Below, one piece after another: positions 1 to 11,936 of a stretch of 64,000 nt of DNA. The notes under the pieces are model-generated. The model made no database searches and was not told the origin of the DNA. It saw nothing but the letters and a program-made list of their open reading frames with translations. The stretch lies in NCBI RefSeq assembly GCF_006345805.1, contig NC_043002.1, positions 2,542,001-2,606,000 on the forward strand, given 5' to 3'. The position numbers were made by a program, and so were the translations under genes. Source of the DNA: Octopus sinensis. Lineage: Eukaryota. Each line of letters begins with the position of its first letter. Position 1 is the stretch's first letter.

Positions 1-699
1 ACATGTGTATAATCAGAGAACGAATAGTCGTGTGTGTGACCACCACCACCACCACCACCACCTGCACTGTGTCCACTTCAATTCTCCTTACTCTCTATTC
101 TCTCTTTCAAAATTACCTTAAATAATTGCCAGCCATCCTTACTCTCCATTCTGAATTCAAAGTGCAACATCATTCCTCTTTCTCCTCGCTTCCTCCATTG
201 CACTTTTATGCACCAACCTGTCTGCACCTGCCAAATAACTCACCCCTATACGTGCAGTCCATCCTTAGCCACTTCCTCCTACTTCGACACTAACTCCCCC
301 CTCTCTCATTCTTTACTCCCTCCCTCTTCATTTATTTCGCACACCACTTATATCACATCTCACTCGCTTCTCCCCCCTCGCTCTTCGCAATATTCCATAC
401 ATCTCTCCTACACATGATTCCATTCTTCAACGACAAACTTGACATCAAAACCATTTTCGGTCCGTCTCCCTCCCTCCCTCCCTCTCTCTCTCTAAGTCTC
501 AGAAGAACAATCAGAACCAGCAATCATCTCCGCAAACTCATCTCATCGACTCTCCTAAGTAAAGGTAGACCAAAAAGTAGCCAAACGACAGAAGTCTCAC
601 TAAAATACAATTCTCCTTATTAGACTGCGTCTAATTGGTGTTGAGTATTTTAAAATCAATGGCGAATTTCACGGTGCAGTATTGATTAAATCTTTATAA

Positions 700-796
700 T
701 AACATATGAACAGTTCGGATATGTATGGGCGTGGGGCAAACATACACTCATATAATCTATATATATATATCTATATATATATATATATATTATATA

Positions 797-838
<42 letters not shown>

Positions 839-1133
839 GTACATACATACATACATGCATGCATACATATATATATATATGCATATGTATATATACATAC
901 ATGTATATATACACACACGCATATAGATACATAGATATATTCACATACATATAATATAAATACACATATTCACGTGTGAGTGTGTGTGTGTGTGTGTATT
1001 TTTGTATGTATGCACAAATATATATATACGTATGTATGTACACACACACACACACACATACCGAAAGAAAGTGAGACTGATTACCGACAGACCAACAAAC
1101 ATATATACATACATGCATATATATATAACATAT

Positions 1134-1167
<34 letters not shown>

Positions 1168-1236
1168 ATATTTCTATATGTATTATATATTCATATTCAT
1201 GTGTCTGTTATCTTTTGTATATATGCTCGTGGATAT

Positions 1237-1290
<54 letters not shown>

Positions 1291-1302
1291 ATATATATAA
1301 TA
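700..1302. repeat. Compound (TA)n/(CATA)n/(CA)n microsatellite field
   Basis: Directly visible dinucleotide/tetranucleotide runs; source of the YI/IY-rich pseudo-ORFs. Confidence 0.95.
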
Positions 1303-1834
1303 TAGTAGACATGTCCATATTCGTAGCTCATCTATAATTAGATAAATTCTTGATCCACCCCCTGAAACAGCATGAATGAAGTCTCTTCTTCCTCCAAAAT
1401 AAAACACCATCAGTCTATATTTTCTGTAATGAATGAGAAGGAACACTTTGTAGTTTAACGCTAATTAACATGCTATTTCAATCTGCTTAAAGCATCAAAG
1501 TACTTCCAATTACATCGTTATATATGAACTTAACTATAAATTACAATTTGTCCTTAATTTAATTCGTTTCTACTCGTTAGCTGGCTTTGTTTATTTCATT
1601 TTATTCTCTTTGATATTTCAGTCTTTTTTTTTGTGTTCTTTTCATAGAATTAGATGAGATCTACTTCACTGTGTAACCAGTGTCTACTTGGAGAAAAGCT
1701 TCTTTGGTGATGCTGCGGCAAGGAGGTTTCTATTTCCACGATTCTGCAGTTTGACGGTGATTTCATACGTCTAGATGTAACTTCATACACTCACACACCA
1801 CATAACATACACACACACACATACAACATAATAT

Positions 1835-1866
<32 letters not shown>

Positions 1867-1884
1867 ATATATATATATAATATA

Positions 1885-1918
<34 letters not shown>

Positions 1919-2044
1919 TTATATCTTTTCTTTGTATTCTATAGATAAAGAGAGAGACACCTATCTATCTATATGTATTATGCAAAGACACATGCATATA
2001 TACACACACACATACACACACAGATTCATACCTAAACGCACGCA

Positions 2045-2109
<65 letters not shown>

Positions 2110-2118
2110 GTGTATGTA

Positions 2119-2153
<35 letters not shown>

Positions 2154-3261
2154 TTGTATATGTATAAACGTATGTGTGTATTTATATTATAAATCGCACT
2201 TGTCCTTACAAAAATGTATGTGTGTGCATGTGTATGTGTGAATGCGTGTTTACCTGTATAGCGATGTGTGTGTGTGTAACTTCCAGTTGCCATTTTTAGA
2301 ATTTATTCCGTTCACGGTTGAACGGACAAAGAGTGTTGCCTTTCAAAAATTAGAAACACATCATTTGATGATGGCTGTAAGTAAAATCGACAAAGCATTT
2401 CTGGCTAATATTTACCAAGTTCAAAACTAACTTTAGAACACGAATCATTGCAAAGGGAAAGACGAACGCTTTTCTCTTTTCTTTCTTTTTCCTTTTCTTT
2501 CTTTTTTTTCTTTTCTTTTGTTTTGATTTCTCTTTTCTTTTTCCATTTCGTTTTATAACGTGAAATCAAACCCCCTTTGAAATAAGATACATTATATCTT
2601 GCATTCTTTATTTATGTGCAAAAAAAAAGCATGCAAACTTGCCAACAGGAATCCACATCACAAGCAAATTGGCATCGAATTTTATGTATTCATGCAGTTC
2701 CAAACACTGGTAAAAAAAATAATAAAACCAAATGCGAAAAGTGAAGTTTCAAGTTATTCTATTAAAGACAAGAAAAATATGCAAACAGCTTAAGCTACCA
2801 TTTCTCGCCGTACATTCGCAGCCACACAGCCACACAACTCACAACTCACAACTCACTCTGTAAAATATCATTCAATAGCGATTTTGATATCATTTTCATA
2901 TAACATAGTTCGCTTATAATTACTTTGCCTGTTTACAAATAGATGCCGGGTGGGAATAAGACAGCGAAATTTAATTAATATTTCCGTATTATATACATAT
3001 TTACAATATTTTATGAATATATATATATATATACAATTGACTCCATGTTTATCGTCATCTAATACAAAATATGCACAACAGAGAAGGGGAAAACCCTGTA
3101 TCCTAGATTTATCAGAGTAAATTTTAATATAGTTTAACAGAAATGAAAATTGCAGGTTTTCAAATTCTGTATTTTATCAAATGTATGTGACAGAGAGAGT
3201 GTTTGTGCTTATATGTTTGTGTAAGAGTGTGAGCATGTTTACATATATATATATATAAACC

Positions 3262-3596
3262 TTCCTGGTGAAGATCGATTTATGGGGTTACCCTGGGTTT
3301 CCTATCCATAAAGGGTTAAACTTTATGGCGTATCGTCAGACTCCAAGACCTGTTGGCCTATGAAGTCTGGATTATCTCCCTTCACTAATGGCTATCAACT
3401 TCCGGTCGTACTGCCATCGATAGCCATGAGGGTAAACAATAGAGGATTATTTCCCGCTCCCGTTAACTATCAGAGAGAAATAATCCCCTATTGTTAAAGA
3501 GGTCAGAGGTCAGAGGCCAACATGTCTTGGGATCTGACGATACGCCATAAAGTGAAACCCTTTATGGTAACCCCATAAACCGGCCTTCAGCTGGAA
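3262..3596. mobile_element. Fold-back / MITE-like element with ~85-100 bp terminal inverted repeats
   Basis: 3262-3360 (ttcctggtgaag...tttatggggttacc...ataaagggtt...tttatggcgtatcgtcaga...ccaagacctgttggcct) is the near reverse complement of ~3515-3596. Two inner hairpins (tggctatc/gatagcca; aacaatagaggattatttc/gaaataatcccctattgtt). No ORF. Confidence 0.7.
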
Positions 3597-3659
3597 AAAA
3601 TATAGAATGCTCTACTCTTAGAGTGTGCTTCTCCGGAATTATGTTTCTCTAAAAAGGAT

Positions 3660-3817
<158 letters not shown>

Positions 3818-3832
3818 GTTTCTCTAAAAAGG

Positions 3833-3865
<33 letters not shown>

Positions 3866-4006
3866 ATAATAATAAATATAAGAGTAATAAAATATTATAA
3901 TATATTATAAAATATTATAATAATCCAGGTTTCTCGAGGCACTGGGCCACTTGGTGTTGAATAGATATGCTATTAAATTAGTATCTAATTCTCTCACCCT
4001 TATTAA

Positions 4007-4080
<74 letters not shown>

Positions 4081-4083
<3 letters not shown>

Positions 4084-5190
4084 TTTTCTATTTTCTAATT
4101 ATTATAAATTTTCCACTGAGGGGTGTTGTTAACACAGACAAATTCACATTTGGAATTTGAGAAAAGTCTTGCATATTTTTACTGTTCCACTCACAGATTG
4201 GAATTGTAATGTACAGATCAGCTGGTCAATTTCTCTTTATGAAAATCCCAGTTTATCCAGATTTTCCTTTGAGCATTTACTAACAAAACCTTGTGCTCCA
4301 ATTATTATTGGTATGAATATGAACTCATAGTCCGTATATAGAAGCTCGAGGTTTCGAAGCAGTTGTCCATAGATATCCTCTTAGTATTCTCTTTCAATTG
4401 TATTTAATCATGATGCATTCAGGTTGAAATCCCTCTTTTCGTTCCAAATTTTTAACCAAAATGATTGTAGATCTTCTTGGAATGGAGCTTTCGTAATGGT
4501 AATGTTTTCCTTCCTCATCTCTCTGTTTAATGGGTTGGAAGCCATCTTGCGATTGATCGTGTCTCGCACAAAAATTTGCTTGCGATTGCGGAGTTTCTCG
4601 CTCATCGTCCTGAGTTCATGTTTTAAAGGGATTAGCTTTCCCCCAAGAGATCGGTGTGAAGAGTTGCTATCAATATCGTTATTTTTGACTAAGGTACAAC
4701 TGTACCTTAGAGTGAGGTGTAAACTCATTTTTCTCCTTATATTTTGTTGTTGTAGTTAACCATCCAATATGGCGGTACACGCCGTTGATGTTTTCTTCAA
4801 GTTTTGTTTTCCATCTACGTTGTTTCCGTTTAGTAATTTCGTTAGCTGTAGATTTCTCCTAGGTGTTCTTTAAGTGTAATAGCGGCTGCGTATATAAGAG
4901 TAATTAACTTCACATAGTTCCATGTGCTCTCCAGCGACATCGTTGATAACTTTAAACATTAGATCGGTTGGATCTTTTCTCACTCTTGTTGGGGATGGTC
5001 TGTTGCTCAACAAAAGCTTCGAGAAAGTAGTAAAATTTTTCATGAATTGTATTTGAGTTGGATATATTCTGCAGTATTCGCTACTGGGTCATTTGTAGAT
5101 CGTATTGCCTGCTGCATGAACCACACAATGCTAGAATATTTATGGAGAGTTCCAGAATGCTTGAAGCACGATCAAATGGACTGGATCAAT
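4081..5190 (-). mobile_element. Internally deleted R4/Dong-like (RLE-type) non-LTR retrotransposon
   Basis: Minus strand gives the pre-RT region (LIYAAAITL; RRWKTKLEENINGVYRHIGWL; APFQEDLQSFWLKIWNEKRDFNLNAS) joined at ~4384 directly to an RLE C-terminus (EDIYGQLLRNLELLY...FIPIIIGAQGFV...QSVSGTVKICKTFLKF*). No RT motifs; stops and frameshifts present. Confidence 0.7.
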
Positions 5191-5257
5191 AGAATTTATT
5201 CATTTTGAGTGACATCAACACTCCCAAATCAAACAGCGTGAATAACACCAAACATAA

Positions 5258-5357
5258 TCTCTCTCTCTCTTTCTCTCTCTCTCCCTCTCCCTCTCTCTCT
5301 CTCTCACTCTCTTTCTCTCTCTCCCTCTCCCTCTCTCTCTCCCTATCCCTTTCTCTC

Positions 5358-5428
<71 letters not shown>
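5258..5428. repeat. (CT)n microsatellite
   Basis: Direct observation. Confidence 0.95.
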
Positions 5429-5430
<2 letters not shown>

Positions 5431-6519
5431 GTCATCTCATCGATGTCCATATCACATAAGGAATAGTATACAAGCCAACTGTCTTCTAGAAACCTGTTTC
5501 ACAAACGACCCACTTTCGTAATGTGAACGTAACGTCAGAACATAAAACCCTTTCCAATCTTCAGTCAATCAGGAATTTCACAAGAAACACGCAAACTCTG
5601 TCCATTCTGAAGTTTTATTAAAGTCTCACTGGCATTCATTGAAACGGAACAATTCAAAACTTCCACTCTGCGAGGCAATGCTCGGAGGCTGGGACGTGGA
5701 GGCTGGATATATCATTAGCTGCCAAACCAGACGACACATATTTGTGGTACGATGACAGAAATTATCTCGCTGTAGTTGGGAAACTACAGAAGGAGTTGAA
5801 TGAGATTTTAAAATATTGAATTGAAACGTTTGGAGTGAGCAATGCTTTATCGAAAAGCACATTAATTCTACCTGTTTAGCTCGGGAGCCATATCTCCCTT
5901 TAGATAAGCCTTAATTATACGAGCAGTCGCAATCACTAGCTATGTCGATCATAGGAAAATGTAAAGGCTTCCAGTCTCAATGATGACGAAACATCTAGAA
6001 ATACACCAATGCAACACATCAGGGTGGCGCCGGCGAAAATGAACATAATTTAATGCTGAAAAGTTTCACTCTTCGCTGTTATTCCTAATAAACGTTGGAT
6101 CGAGGATAGATAAGGCCAAGAATGATTGAAATCTTGGTCCCAATCAGTAGGCACCATTGGGAATTACAATTAGAAATGAAGGATCATTATTATGTACATT
6201 GTGCAGGCGACTGGCAGAATGGATTCCAGGAAGATTTGGGAGGAAAGAAATACATTTTATGGAAGATGGTTATTGCCCGTCGTTGGGATTATTGCATCGA
6301 AAAATAAGGGCCACAATTGAATATAGAGCGAAGCAGTTGAGGGAACCCGACGTTAATTCGCTAAATAATTTATGTCAACAACAAAAGGTTACTGGGAGAA
6401 GCTGAAATACAGACAGGCAGACAAACAGACAAACAGACAAACAGACATGACAAATGAGGGAAAGAGAAAATGGAATTCACGAGATTCTATATTAATCACA
6501 ACGATCGGTTAAATACATA

Positions 6520-6724
6520 AATACATACATACATGAATAAATGCATGCGTACATACATACATGCATACATGCATACATACATACATACATGCATACATGC
6601 ATACATACATGCATACATACATACATACATGCATACATGCATACATACATGCATACATGCATACATACATGCATACATACATGCATACATACATACACAC
6701 ATACATACATACACACATACATAC
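6520..6724. repeat. (CATA)n/(CATG) compound microsatellite
   Basis: Direct observation. Confidence 0.95.
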
Positions 6725-6965
6725 AAAACCAGAAAGTAGAAAGCTGATTCGAAGACTGCAGATCCAATCCATCACTGGAACTGTAAAAATCTGTAAAACT
6801 CCGGAAGTTTATCATTTAAATATATATGAGAAGACATACATAAAACAAAACATATAAATCTGCACTCATACATACATACATACATACATACATACATACA
6901 TACATACATACATACATACATACAAAAATACCCTGTTCTTGATGTTGAAATTCCAATGAAGGATA
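6722..6965 (+). mobile_element. 3' end of R4/Dong-like element with internal (CATA)n in the 3' UTR
   Basis: Translates KPESRKLIRRLQIQSITGTVKICKT, homologous to the C-terminus at 4150-4250 and 16200-16290. The 3' UTR (cttgatgttgaaattccaatg) matches the 16026-16060 copy. Confidence 0.7.
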
Positions 6966-8570
6966 TTTGGATCAAGGTTAGCAACCGGTTCTTTCTCTAT
7001 TGGTAAGAAATATTGAAACAAAACTGAACAATGACATACGTACATACATGTGTGTGTGTGTGAGAGAGAGAGAGAGTGTATGTGTGTGTGTGTGTGTGCA
7101 CATGCATGCGTGTGCGTTGTGTAGAATATTTTTTAAGACTTCCACCAAAGTTTGGCATTAAGGAACTAAAGTATAAAGGAACAAATCCACGAACTAAAGT
7201 ATCAGCAGTCTCTCTGAGTCTAGATCTAAGACCAGTTACTGGGATGGTTTGAGAATCAAAAGTCGAGATCTCTTTAATATCTTGTTAAAATCTGAAGACT
7301 CCTAAGAATTTAGTGGATATGAGCCTTATTCAAACATTGCCTTGACATTCTGCCGCCTGCAATCTTGGATGATTCTAAATTTAAAACAAGAACCATATGC
7401 AAGAATAGCTGTGTCCGTCGCGATGCCACCTACCGAAAGGAGACTGCAGTAGCATTGGTGGCAAAACCCCAACTTAATTGGAGTAAAATGGCGGAAACTA
7501 ATAAATGAATAATTCTAATAAATCGATATTGATAACTTTCAAAATACCATTAAATACGTTGAATCGCTCTCGACTTCTCCGCAGAATGTGAATTTTGGGG
7601 TTTCGATTAACGATTCTAGCCATTTTACTTCACTTACATCACAAATACCCTTGTAAAAGATATCTAACTCATTTCTTTTCACCCTTCGAATACTTTTCAT
7701 GGGAAATCGTCAGATCTGTCGCTATTTTAGCTAATCATTGCTTTTTAAAAATATACTTCAAACAAAAAATGTTTTCACTGCAACATAAAAAGAATTGCTT
7801 TGAAAAATCTTCTTTTTGAAAGGACCCAATATTCTTCAGGAAGAAATAGCAACTTATAACATTTCTGCTTTTCTCGGGGGCATTAGTAATACGAAATGAA
7901 CCAAACATTCGAATGTAGGTCACAGTTTACATTCGCTAGTTGCTGGCTTTCTTTTTCTTTACTTTTTCTGTTTTTCTTCTCCGCCCATCGCCATAGTTTA
8001 TTTGAAAATATTCTGTATCATAAACGTATATTTAATGTGTAAATAGTTATTACTGTTCGTCCTTAAATTACCGCACGACATTAATACAAGTAGCAAATAT
8101 CTCACATTTCATCAAAATCTGGCAAGTTATGATCGCAATTCTATTTCTCGCTACTTGATTATTTGGCGGAGAAACAACTTTACAAATAAGGGTTAAAATT
8201 CATGAAAAAAAATTAATTGCCAAAGGCAAATTATTAAACTGTTGAGAATCTGGTAAAGCACAACAAAAACCATCTAAACATCGCTGATATTAATTGGTTT
8301 GGTGTCCAGGGTACGACTTTAAACTGCATCCGATATTGGAGACCCTTTACGGCAGTTCCAGGCGTTTCGAACCACCTTTTAGCCCTTATTGTTCATAGGT
8401 CTCCTCTGTTAGGGTCCAAGCTATGGATTAACAACCACGTGAACCACTGGAAGTGAAGGACTTAAATTCTCGCTCGAACTTCCTTCTAAAAGTTAAACTC
8501 GTATAAAAGAAAAAAATTAAAGTGAACTGGAAATTACTATTTTTAAATCTCACAAAGTGAGATATTCAGC

Positions 8571-8763
8571 AACGGTTCTTTGTAGTAAAGATTGTTTGCC
8601 AACATAACATGGCAGTCCTTGTTTGAAAATACAAGGACAAAGATCGTGTCGTATAGCCAGCTGGAGACGGTGTCTCCTGGGGTTAAATTACAGCAACATT
8701 CACCCTAAACAAGGACTGCCATGTTATGTTGGCAAACAACCTTTACTATAAAGTGAACTGGTT
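8571..8763. mobile_element. MITE-like element with ~50 bp terminal inverted repeats
   Basis: ctttgtagtaaagattgtttgccaacataacatggcagtccttgttt (8578-8624) vs aaacaaggactgccatgttatgttggcaaacaacctttactataaag (8707-8753); 2 mismatches. Confidence 0.75.
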
Positions 8764-9094
8764 TCTGATCGCCTCCCCTCCCCCTATTGTGCCACTGAGT
8801 TTTGAGCCTAACCACGAGGCCACGCGCCTTCATGAGTATTGATCTATATCAATATATGTGTGTGTTTGTGCATGTATGATTACAAATAAATGTGTGTGTT
8901 TATGTATATTCATATATGTATCATTACATGAATGAATGAAAGAATAACCAAGTATCATAGTTATGGCGATGGAACTGGATGTGTTTTGAGCAACACTGAT
9001 GAGAGTCTGATATTAATGTCTCACCAAACCAGGATGTGCTTAAGAACATCCGCCACTGTATATGTGACTGAGTCGAACAGTACACATACATACA

Positions 9095-9716
9095 TAGTAT
9101 TAGTTCATCCATCGTTACTGACGATGATCAAGGACATCACATGGGGGTGGGGGAAGAAGACAGGACACAGTGTATCCAGCTGTGGCCAGTCAGTCCGATG
9201 CGAGCCCGGAAGGATCTTCCACAGGTCGGGATTGAAAGCAAGGAATCAGCTCTCGACTTGCGTAGTTCGCGTTTTCTTTGTGCCCCTGCAACACTGTTCG
9301 TAGGACGTTGAACCCATGTTGGTGCAGCTTCCCCAAGCAAGGTAGTCTTGTGGTTGTCTTTCCCAGCTGTCAATGTTCTCCTCAAACCTCTTCAGACGGA
9401 CATTGTGTCCTCGAAACGCTTTTCCCGTACACATCCTCAGGTATGACGTCTTGCAGTTCCTCCTTCGGCTTCCTCCTCTGCATCACTTCGTAGATGACTC
9501 TTCATGCCAGCTTTCCACTTTGCCACACATTTTGCACTTCAAACCAACTTGCTGCCCATATCGCATTACATTCATTCATTACAAAGACGTATGAGCGTGT
9601 CCCACACAAACTCTTAACATTATCAATACTCAGACTGCGCTGAAAATACGTAGAATTTGCAATAGGTGTGTCCTGGTAGAGCAGACTGCCACTTGTTTCA
9701 GCGATTTGTGTGCGGC

Positions 9717-9718
<2 letters not shown>
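9095..9718 (-). mobile_element. 3' fragment of RTE-BovB-like LINE
   Basis: Frameshifted post-RT motifs and the C-terminal zinc finger PTCGRSFRARIGLTGH, typical of RTE-BovB ORFs. 3' stem-loop atcgt-cagta-acgat at 9111-9125. Confidence 0.8.
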
Positions 9719-9796
<78 letters not shown>

Positions 9797-9996
9797 ATAT
9801 AAATAGATGAGTGTATTTTTACCTTGTTAACAATTAACACGGAAAAATAAATAAATAGTTACCAGGGCAGCAAAAATCTCACAAGTAAAGGTGTTGTAAC
9901 TCCTTGTTATAAAGGTTGAAACTTCGTGTTTACGTTGAATATTTTGAATAATATGAATAAAAAATGGAGTTAACGCAGGTGTAAACAAGTATTTTT

Positions 9997-10082
9997 ACTT
10001 TCGACACATGTTTCGAAAATTCCACTGATACTATTCAAAAGAATAAATGGTATAAACAATGCAATCTTCTCTTCGGGAAAGT
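9997..10082 (-). ncRNA. Minimal type I hammerhead ribozyme in PLE pLTR (core variant CCGAAGA)
   Basis: Minus strand: stem I ACTTTC / CCGAAGA / stem II GAAGATT...AATTTTC / GAAA / C-ATGT-G (palindromic stem III) / GTC cleavage triplet / GAAAGT. Confidence 0.7.
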
Positions 10083-10311
10083 GAAAAAAACGAAACTCGT
10101 CAATACGACATTTTAGCAAAAATGATGGATTCGTATAGCATAGACAGAACGCTATTAATATTGTTTAAAAGAACGTTACATGATATAACGTCATAAGTAG
10201 CTAACAGAAAGAGTAGGGATATTAATAGTGAATGTTAAATATAAAGGAAATTAAAGTTTAAACTATATATAATGATAGAGACTACTTATATGCACTAAAT
10301 GTATGTTTTTG

Positions 10312-10671
10312 CTAATGCTTACATCTGTATGCTCGCTCTATAACCGTGTTTACTAGAGTATTTTTAGAAAAAATAATGAAAAATAGCTCAGAATTGCAGA
10401 GAAGACAGAATTTCTTGCCTTTGTCATATGGTATCGAAATTGAGAGGATCAACCATTCTAAATGAAATTGTTCATTGTGGTCTTTTAAATCCCAAATCAG
10501 TTTGCTGAGACCGGTACTATTCCGTTTATTTCTATCCCTAAATGTTGAGTAATGGATAGAAATTCTTTTAGATAACTCTAACGATGTGCTTCCAATGTAA
10601 AATCGTACTTTATTACGAGTACTGATTATACACTGGTATATAGAATTTTTAATCTTAGAGTTACTTGACAT
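10312..10671 (-). CDS. GIY-YIG endonuclease of the Penelope-like element
   Basis: IYQCIIS...FYIGSTS.ELSKR...H...F; GLSKLIWDLK; CLLCNSE. In frame with the RT, separated by one TAA and 26 sense codons. Confidence 0.85.
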   Translation of the reverse strand: MSSNSKIKNSIYQCIISTRNKVRFYIGSTSLELSKRISIHYSTFRDRNKRNSTGLSKLIWDLKDHNEQFHLEWLILSISIPYDKGKKFCLLCNSELFFIIFSKNTLVNTVIERAYRCKH

Positions 10672-10749
10672 AAATTTAATTCTATTGGAATTGACTTCAG
10701 ATACAATAACCTTGTTATTAATATTTCTAGAGGGTTGGATGGTATTAGC

Positions 10750-11733
10750 TTAATTAATGTTAGTATTAGTAAATGTATTAATATTTAACAGTTTGTTATT
10801 ATGAGAAGATATAATTTGCAAGAGATTTTTTGTGTTTGAAAACCCTATCCTAACCTTATGTGAATTAATTATAGAGTAATATCTAGAATTGTTTGGAAAA
10901 TTCCTAGCAATAGCTTGACGAAACAGCAGTGGGAGATTAGATTTAATTTGTCTCCCGTAAGGAATTATTAACCAAATATTTTTACTAGTATTCATAGCGT
11001 AATTACTTTTGAAGGTGTTATATTTACTTTTAGATCGATAATAGGGGATCAAACAAGGGTTATCTGCCTTCATTCGCTTTGTATCGGTGCGTAAGTTATG
11101 TTTGTTATCAATAATTCTTTTACGACTAGAAATCTTATCTACATTATTGAATTTACAATTAGAATGAGCAGAATCAATGTAGAAATTTGTTTCTGTATAA
11201 CCTGCTTTGATTAAGGCAGAGTTATAGAATTCAGCGTTATTATTGAAAATATCAACATTAGCAGATAATTTAGATAATCTAAATGAAATATTCTTAACTA
11301 AATTCTTAGTAATTGCTCCAGGATGATTACTAAATTTGCTAATGTACTTAAGATTGGTCAACGGTTTATGATATGGGAAGTAAGAGTCACTGTGTAAATT
11401 AAGTGTAATATCTAAAAAGTTGGCCTTCGTCAGATAGTCATCAAAAACGATTTTTAAGCCCATTCTACTGAAAAAATTAACTAAACTATTCTTAACTTTT
11501 TGTACCTTTTGGTTGGAAACATTTTGGAGGTAAAGTAAACAATCATCACGATATAGACCTCCATAAATGTTAGGGAACTCTTCAGCCATTTCAAAAAGAA
11601 TATATATACAGACCAAATCAGCTATCTGTGCTGAATCAGAACTTCCCATTGGTATATCGAAACTATCTGGTGTGTCTTTACGGACCCACAACTTATCATC
11701 AAATTTAATAATAGATCTTCTGGCTGCCAACAC
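10750..11733 (-). CDS. Penelope-type reverse transcriptase (C-terminal part)
   Basis: Motifs FDIPMGSSDS, GLYRDDCL, NFLDITLNL, YHKPLTNLKYISKFSNHP. The frame is open upstream to ~11790 (truncated). Confidence 0.9.
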   Translation of the reverse strand: MLAARRSIIKFDDKLWVRKDTPDSFDIPMGSSDSAQIADLVCIYILFEMAEEFPNIYGGLYRDDCLLYLQNVSNQKVQKVKNSLVNFFSRMGLKIVFDDYLTKANFLDITLNLHSDSYFPYHKPLTNLKYISKFSNHPGAITKNLVKNISFRLSKLSANVDIFNNNAEFYNSALIKAGYTETNFYIDSAHSNCKFNNVDKISSRKRIIDNKHNLRTDTKRMKADNPCLIPYYRSKSKYNTFKSNYAMNTSKNIWLIIPYGRQIKSNLPLLFRQAIARNFPNNSRYYSIINSHKVRIGFSNTKNLLQIISSHNNKLLNINTFTNTNIN

Positions 11734-11896
11734 AACATTAATTTCTTCTCGGGTGAGACCAGCTTTGTAATAAGCAAGCCAAAGTGCCTTATTAAGTACT
11801 ATACCATTTATTCTTTTGAATAGTATCAGTGGAATTTTTGAAACATGTGTCGAAAGTAAAAATACTTGTTTACACCTGCGTTAACTCCATTTTTTA

Positions 11897-11933
<37 letters not shown>

Positions 11934-11936
<3 letters not shown>

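Larger units (their letters stand above)
9800..11903 (-). mobile_element. Penelope-like element (RT + GIY-YIG), 5'-truncated, with 3' pLTR and partial inverted pLTR at the 5' end
   Basis: RT ORF and GIY-YIG ORF in one frame; 9951-10054 is repeated inverted at 11800-11903; flanked by (TA)n on both sides. Confidence 0.9.
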
